NCBI GenBank assembly: GCA_025062275.1
Contig: JANXAP010000020.1
Location: 19,882 to 83,881, forward strand
DNA length: 64,000 nucleotides
Direction: 5' to 3'
Source of the DNA: Dehalococcoidia bacterium
GTDB taxonomy: Bacteria > Chloroflexota > Dehalococcoidia > SM23-28-2 > HRBIN24
Each line of letters begins with the position of its first letter. Within the stretch, counting starts at the first letter, position 1. The notes beneath the pieces were generated by a model. That model was not told the origin of the DNA. It was given only the letters and a program-made list of their open reading frames with translations, and ran no database searches. Position numbers and translations under genes: made by a program. Of this stretch, positions 59,157 to 64,000 are shown one piece after another.

Positions 59157-59915
59157 ATGACAAGCGTGGCCAGGCGGGAGGCGAGGACAGGCCGTCTCGA
59201 CCTGCGCCTCGTCCTGGGCCTCGGCATCGCCCTCGCAGCCTTCCTCATCGGCATCCAGGTCTACTCCGCGGGTCAGCCCAAGAGCGTGGACGTGCTCGTG
59301 GCCGCCCGTGACCTGCCCCAGGGCGCCGTCCTGGGCGACGGTGACCTGAGGGTTGAGAGCGTGCCGGTGAACGACCGGCTGCGGCAGTACCTGGTGGCGG
59401 CGTCGGCCAGGGCTGATGTGGTAGGGAAGGCGACGGCGAGGCCTTTGCGGGCCGGGGAGCCCATCACCATGTCGTCCCTCACCCAGGGGCTGCCCCTTGA
59501 GGCTGACGAGGTGGCGCTGGCGCTGCCGGTCCTGGACCGCATCTACGTCCCCTACCAGGTGGAGAAGGGGCAGCGGGGCCTGCTCTACGCCATCGGCGCG
59601 GGGCAGGGCGGTGCCCAGCAGGCGGTGCTGGTGAGCGAGCGGGTGCGGGTGCTGGAGGTGGTGCGCTCCCGCCAGCAGGCCGGGACCGGGGGCGAGGTGC
59701 AGGGCGCTCCCACCAGCGTGACGCTGGCGGTGCCGCGCGAGGAGGCGGAGCTGGTGTCCCGGGCCATCGCCCAGAACATCGTCGCCCTGGCGGTCCTGCC
59801 GGCGGGGGTACAGGCGCCGGCCGTGCCCAGGGCGGGGCAGGGGACGACCCTGCCGGCGCCGGGAGGGGCGGGCGCCGGCACGCCGGCCGCGACCGCCACG
59901 CCGGCGGCACGGTAG
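59157..59915 (+). CDS. cpaB: Flp pilus assembly protein CpaB (SAF/RcpC domain)
   Basis: N-terminal TM anchor then SAF-domain pattern (VLVAARDLPQGAVL...); Ala/Pro-rich tail. Confidence 0.8.
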   Translation: MTSVARREARTGRLDLRLVLGLGIALAAFLIGIQVYSAGQPKSVDVLVAARDLPQGAVLGDGDLRVESVPVNDRLRQYLVAASARADVVGKATARPLRAGEPITMSSLTQGLPLEADEVALALPVLDRIYVPYQVEKGQRGLLYAIGAGQGGAQQAVLVSERVRVLEVVRSRQQAGTGGEVQGAPTSVTLAVPREEAELVSRAIAQNIVALAVLPAGVQAPAVPRAGQGTTLPAPGGAGAGTPAATATPAAR

Positions 59916-59927
59916 CCAGGAGGAGCC

Positions 59928-61133
59928 ATGAGGGAAGAGGTGTACGGCGCCGTGGCGGGCACCGAGCCCCCCGAGGGGAGGGCGTGGCGCGTCCAGCCTC
60001 GGGTCATCGTGGGCGTGGACAGGCAGCGGGCGTCCGGCCTGAGACAGGCCCTCATGGCGGCAGGCCTGGAGGTGGCGCCCGGCCTGACCATGGAGGACGT
60101 GCTGCGCTATGCGGCGGAAGGGAGGGGCGACCTGGCGCTCGTGTCCGGCAGCTTCCGGGGGGTGACGTCCGAGCGGCTGGACGAGCTGCGCGCCCTGGGC
60201 CTGCCGGTGGTGGTCATGGCCAGGGACGACGACTCGGCGCGCTACATGGGCCGGGGCTACGTCGTCCTGCCCGACCGCTTGCCCCCCGAGCAAGTGACGG
60301 AGGCGGTGCTGGCCGTCCTGGAGGGCCGTATGGCGCCCTCGCCGGCCGGGACGGCACCCCCCACGCCGGCGGTCCCGGAGGAGGAAGGGGAGGAGGGCAA
60401 GGGGAGGCTGGTGACGGTCTGCGGCCTCAAGGGCGGGTCGGGCAAGACGACCCTTGTCCTCTCGCTGGCCTACGCCATTGGCCGGGCCGGGCGACGGGCA
60501 TGCGCCCTCTCCCTGGACCCGGTGGCGAGCGACTTCCAGGCCTACCTCGGCCTCGATGTGGGCGACGGCATCGCGGTGGCAGTAGGCAGCTCGGAGATGG
60601 AGCAGGCGGTGGCGAGGGAGCTGAGGGCCGTCGCCAAGGGGTGCGACGTCCTGTGTGGCCCCTTCCGGCCCATTGGGATGCGGGCCGTCACGGGGGAGCT
60701 GGCGAGGCGGGTAGTGGCGTTCCTGCGGCGCCGCTACGACGTCGTGCTGGTGGACGCCGGCAACTACCCCACCGAGCACCCTGCGGCCGGCTGGGCCATG
60801 GAGGCGGCAGACCAGCTGCTGGTGGTCATCACGCCCGAGTTCGTGAGCATCTACCGGGCGCATGTGAGCATGGAACGGCTGCAGGAGCTGCGCCGTGGCC
60901 GCTGGACGGGCATCGTCATGTGCCGCTACCGGCGCGGCCGGCACCACTGGACGGAGCACGAGGTGCGGGACGAGCTGGGGCTGCCCATCGTGGGCGTGGT
61001 GCCCGATGACGAGAAGGGGGCGGCGCGGGCGCTGGACCGGCAGGCGCCCCTTGTGGCCGTGGGCGGCAGGGCGGCAGCGGCCATAGAGAGGCTGGCGCGG
61101 CAGCTGCTGGCGGTGGAGGTGGCGGCGCGATGA
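59928..61133 (+). CDS. cpaE: CpaE/TadZ pilus-assembly ATPase: receiver-like N-domain plus MinD/ParA-type ATPase
   Basis: Deviant Walker A GLKGGSGKTT in the C-terminal domain; N-terminal CheY-like pseudo-receiver region. Confidence 0.8.
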   Translation: MREEVYGAVAGTEPPEGRAWRVQPRVIVGVDRQRASGLRQALMAAGLEVAPGLTMEDVLRYAAEGRGDLALVSGSFRGVTSERLDELRALGLPVVVMARDDDSARYMGRGYVVLPDRLPPEQVTEAVLAVLEGRMAPSPAGTAPPTPAVPEEEGEEGKGRLVTVCGLKGGSGKTTLVLSLAYAIGRAGRRACALSLDPVASDFQAYLGLDVGDGIAVAVGSSEMEQAVARELRAVAKGCDVLCGPFRPIGMRAVTGELARRVVAFLRRRYDVVLVDAGNYPTEHPAAGWAMEAADQLLVVITPEFVSIYRAHVSMERLQELRRGRWTGIVMCRYRRGRHHWTEHEVRDELGLPIVGVVPDDEKGAARALDRQAPLVAVGGRAAAAIERLARQLLAVEVAAR

Positions 61134-62422
61134 CCCTGCGCATGGGGCCGGACGACGGCATCCTCCCCTCCCTGGAGGAGCAGGTGAGGGAGGTGATCCG
61201 GCGGGCGCCGCCGGATGAGGTGCTGGCGCCCGACGGCGCCGAGCGGCTGCGGCGGCGGGTGATGGGGTTCGTGGAGGAGTACAACCGGCGCCGCCAGCTG
61301 ATGGGGTATCCGCCCTTGGCCGGGGCGGAGCGGCTGGCCGAGGAGCTGCTGCGGCAGGTCCTGGGTGCCGGCCCCTTGCAGCCGCTGCTGGACGACCCCG
61401 ACGTGGAGGAGATCATGGTCAACGCCCCCGACAACGTGATGGTGGTGCGGGAGGGGGAGATCGAGGTGGCGCCGACGGTCTTTCGCGACGACGAGGAGGT
61501 GCTGGAGCTGGCGCAGCGGCTGGTGGGGCTGCGCGGGGAGAGGCTGGACTATTCGCAGCCGGTGGTGGACGTGATGCTGCCCGACCGGGCGCGGCTGCAC
61601 GCCGTCATTCCGCCCATAAGCGAGCATGTGGTGCTGACCATCCGCAAGTATACGGTGCGGGCGGAGGAGCTGTCGCAGCTGGTGGAGCTGGGCACATGCA
61701 CCGAGGAGGTGGCCCGCTTCTTGGAGGCGCTGGTGCTGGCCCGCAAGACGATCCTCGTGGTGGGCGGGACGTCATCGGGCAAGACGACCATGGTGAACTG
61801 CCTGGGCAACTGCATCCCGCCCAAGGAGCGGGTGGTAAGCATCGAGGACCGGGTGCGGGAGCTGCGCTTCGGCAGCCTGGCCAACTGGGTGCCCCTCGTG
61901 ACGCGTGGCCCCAACGCCGAGGGCGTGGGGGAGATCACCATGCAGCAGCTGGTGAAGGAGTCGCTGCGCATGCGGCCCGACCGCATCGTCATCGGCGAGA
62001 CGCGAGGTTCCGAGGCGCTGGACTTCCTGCGGGCGGTGACGAGCGACCACCCCGGGAGCCTCTCCACCATCCACGCCATGGGCGGTAGGCATGCCATGGA
62101 GCGGGTACGGATCTATGCCCAGATGGACCCGCGCCTGGCGCCGCCGCCCCACGTGGTGGACGAGCTGGTGGCGGAAGGGATCCAGTTCGTGGTCCACATG
62201 GGGCGGGTGCCGCGCTCGAGGCTGCGGCGGGTGCTGTCCGTCTGGGAGGCGACGGGCATGGAGCGGGAGGGGCCGCGCAGCACCTTCGTGGGCAACGACA
62301 TCTTCCGGCGCGGCGAGGACGGGCGGCTCCACTTCACGGGGGTGAGGCCCCGCTGCGCGCGGGAGGTGGAGCACCTGGGGCCCTTCCCGTGGAGCGCCAG
62401 GTCATTCTACGTGGGCGAGTAG
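61130..62422 (+). CDS. cpaF: CpaF/TadA type II/IV secretion-family ATPase
   Basis: Walker A GGTSSGKTT, Asp box, Walker B and His box of the T2SS-E/VirB11 family. Confidence 0.9.
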   Translation: MTLRMGPDDGILPSLEEQVREVIRRAPPDEVLAPDGAERLRRRVMGFVEEYNRRRQLMGYPPLAGAERLAEELLRQVLGAGPLQPLLDDPDVEEIMVNAPDNVMVVREGEIEVAPTVFRDDEEVLELAQRLVGLRGERLDYSQPVVDVMLPDRARLHAVIPPISEHVVLTIRKYTVRAEELSQLVELGTCTEEVARFLEALVLARKTILVVGGTSSGKTTMVNCLGNCIPPKERVVSIEDRVRELRFGSLANWVPLVTRGPNAEGVGEITMQQLVKESLRMRPDRIVIGETRGSEALDFLRAVTSDHPGSLSTIHAMGGRHAMERVRIYAQMDPRLAPPPHVVDELVAEGIQFVVHMGRVPRSRLRRVLSVWEATGMEREGPRSTFVGNDIFRRGEDGRLHFTGVRPRCAREVEHLGPFPWSARSFYVGE

Positions 62423-62547
62423 AAGGAGGTGAAGGGCTAGGAAGAGGTCCCGAGGGTGAGGCAGGGCGGGAGGCCCGCCCTGCCGGGGGAGCCGGCCGCC
62501 CCTGCCCCTGCCAGGACCGGGGGGCGGCCGGGCACACGCCCGCAGCG

Positions 62548-63618
62548 ATGATACATCCCCCCGGCCGAGAGCGCCAGGCCTCCTGCCCACCTCCTGGGGA
62601 GAGCCCGCAAGCCGTGGCCACGGCCCTTGCCCTGACCGTCGTCATCGCGGCCTTCCCCTTCCCGGAGATACCGCGCCCTTCGGGGGCGCTCTTCGCCATC
62701 CTCCTGGCCGTCGCCGCCCTCGGGGTCTACCTGGCCCTCTCGGAGAGGGCGGCGAGCCTCTTCATGCGGGCTGCTGCCGCGGCGGGCGGGGCCGTGCCGG
62801 GAGGGGCACGACCCCCCGTGTGGCATCCCGACGGCGTGAGGGAGCTCCTGGACGAGGCGGGCTACCACCGCGTCACGCCCCTCGCCTTCTACGGTGCCTG
62901 CGCCGCCGGTGCGGTCCTGGGGGCGCTGGTGGGGAACCTCCTCGCGCCGGGCGTGGCCGTGGTGATGGCCGCCGGCGCGGTGGGCGGCTTCATGGTCCCG
63001 TTCCACCTGGTGACCAGGCAGGCCGATGCGGTGGCCAGCAGGCGGCGGGGGCAGTTCGCCGAGGCGGTGGAGGTGCTGCGGGGCCTGATGCGCAGCGGCC
63101 ACGGCCTTGAGGGCAGCATCGCCTTCCTGGCCGAAAGAGGGCCGAAGCTGATGCAGCCGGTCATGCAGGAGGCGCTGGTGGCGCTGCGCACGGGCGGCAT
63201 GTACGAGGCGGCGGAGGTGCTGCGGCGCCGGGTCGCCTCCTATGACGGCGACCGGCTGGCCCTTGCCCTGGCGGCGGCGGTGGCCTACGGCGGCGGGAGC
63301 GTGGGGGCGGTCATCGAGGAGGTGGCGAGGGCGGTGAGGGACGACCTGCTGGTGCGGCGGGAGGCGGAGGCGGAGATGGCCAGGCAGGAGCTGGCGGCGC
63401 GCATCATCGGCGGCATGCCCATCGTCATCCTGGCCGCCATGTTCCGCTTCTCGCCGGAATATGCCGCCGTCTACCGGGAGCCGCTGGGGCAAGGGGTGCT
63501 GGCGGTCATGTTTGCCCTCATCGTGCTGGGCTACGTGCTCATGCGCAGGGGGATGCAGCTGCCCCGGGAGGGGAGGCTCCAGGTGAACCCGGCGCTCATA
63601 GGGGAGGCGCGGGCGTGA
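62548..63618 (+). CDS. tadB: TadB pilus-assembly inner-membrane protein (T2SS-F domain)
   Basis: TM helices flanking a cytoplasmic T2SS-F-like domain; ATG 62548 chosen; Gly/Arg-rich 5' part of the track ORF rejected. Confidence 0.7.
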   Translation: MIHPPGRERQASCPPPGESPQAVATALALTVVIAAFPFPEIPRPSGALFAILLAVAALGVYLALSERAASLFMRAAAAAGGAVPGGARPPVWHPDGVRELLDEAGYHRVTPLAFYGACAAGAVLGALVGNLLAPGVAVVMAAGAVGGFMVPFHLVTRQADAVASRRRGQFAEAVEVLRGLMRSGHGLEGSIAFLAERGPKLMQPVMQEALVALRTGGMYEAAEVLRRRVASYDGDRLALALAAAVAYGGGSVGAVIEEVARAVRDDLLVRREAEAEMARQELAARIIGGMPIVILAAMFRFSPEYAAVYREPLGQGVLAVMFALIVLGYVLMRRGMQLPREGRLQVNPALIGEARA

Positions 63619-64000
63619 TGGAGCTGCCGCCGGCCGGTGGAGTCCTGGCCTCGGCCCTTGGTGGCATAGGGGTCTTCCTCGTGACACGGGCGGTGCTGGA
63701 CCGCCCCTTCCGGTCGCGGCGGGTGGCGCGGCTGCGGCGCATCACCCCTGTGGAGCGGCCCCTGATAGGCGAGGAGCGGCAGGAGGCGCCCCTCTTCCGG
63801 ACGCCCCTCCTGGAGGAGCTGGTGGGCCAGCCCCTGCGGCGGGCGGGCGAGGTGCTGGCGGGCGTGCTGCGGATGGTGGGCGGCCCGGAGGAGCTGGCGA
63901 GCAAGCTGGAGAGGGCCGGGACGGGCATGTCGCCGCCGGCCTACTACGGGCAGCGGCTCCTGTGGTTCCTGGTGGGGTGCATCATCGCTGCCATGGTGGG
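63618..64000 (+). CDS. tadC: TadC pilus-assembly membrane protein (partial, continues beyond window)
   Basis: ATG overlaps the tadB stop (TGATG); N-terminal TM then T2SS-F-like cytoplasmic segment; truncated by the window end. Confidence 0.6.
   Translation, partial: MELPPAGGVLASALGGIGVFLVTRAVLDRPFRSRRVARLRRITPVERPLIGEERQEAPLFRTPLLEELVGQPLRRAGEVLAGVLRMVGGPEELASKLERAGTGMSPPAYYGQRLLWFLVGCIIAAMV

Noticed and set aside
58766-59254. Upstream part of the 374-aa Amt track ORF (MPMRKAARAM...)
   Set aside because: Not Amt-like, no TM helices, runs through the low-GC repeat region and over the divergent tad promoter; interpreted as non-coding and the amt gene as truncated.

Overview
This is a 64-kb window from a high-GC (~70%) bacterial chromosome, densely coding on both strands. 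Most of it is housekeeping: metG-tatD, rsmI, ruvB, proB/proA, split transketolase, galE, fabF, folC, moaA/moaC, tsaD, rsmD, coaD, leuS, a tRNA-Ala, a zur-znuACB operon and glnA. The lineage hints are an archaeal-type fructose-1,6-bisphosphate aldolase/phosphatase, a split transketolase and a bS22-like micro-ribosomal protein. They fit a Chloroflexota/Thermomicrobia-like or deep actinobacterial organism, but I cannot assign it.

The main observations are:
- An AhpE-like 1-Cys peroxiredoxin has an in-frame TGA exactly at the peroxidatic cysteine, so it is probably a selenoprotein. A hairpin follows the TGA directly, and a copC gene sits immediately upstream.
- An unannotated 31-aa bS22-like ribosomal micro-ORF lies between proB and proA.
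- A nitrogen cluster (amt-glnK-unknown-flotillin-glnA) has a 5'-truncated ammonium transporter gene.
- The truncated amt abuts a ~320-bp lower-GC region packed with phased GnAAC and other tandem repeats, followed by a Flp/Tad pilus locus (cpaB, cpaE/tadZ, cpaF, tadB, tadC) that runs off the window.
- A KaiC-like RecA-family ATPase is paired with a small HTH protein.
- A regulator gene appears leaderless, with a palindromic operator inside an extended -10 promoter.
- A Zur-type promoter carries a tandem-repeat operator.
- Several genes have their conserved N-terminus beginning at a non-canonical codon.

No CRISPR array, rRNA or clear mobile element was seen. Coordinates come from the ORF track where possible; positions read from the raw sequence text (promoters, repeats, tRNA ends) may be off by 1-2 nt.
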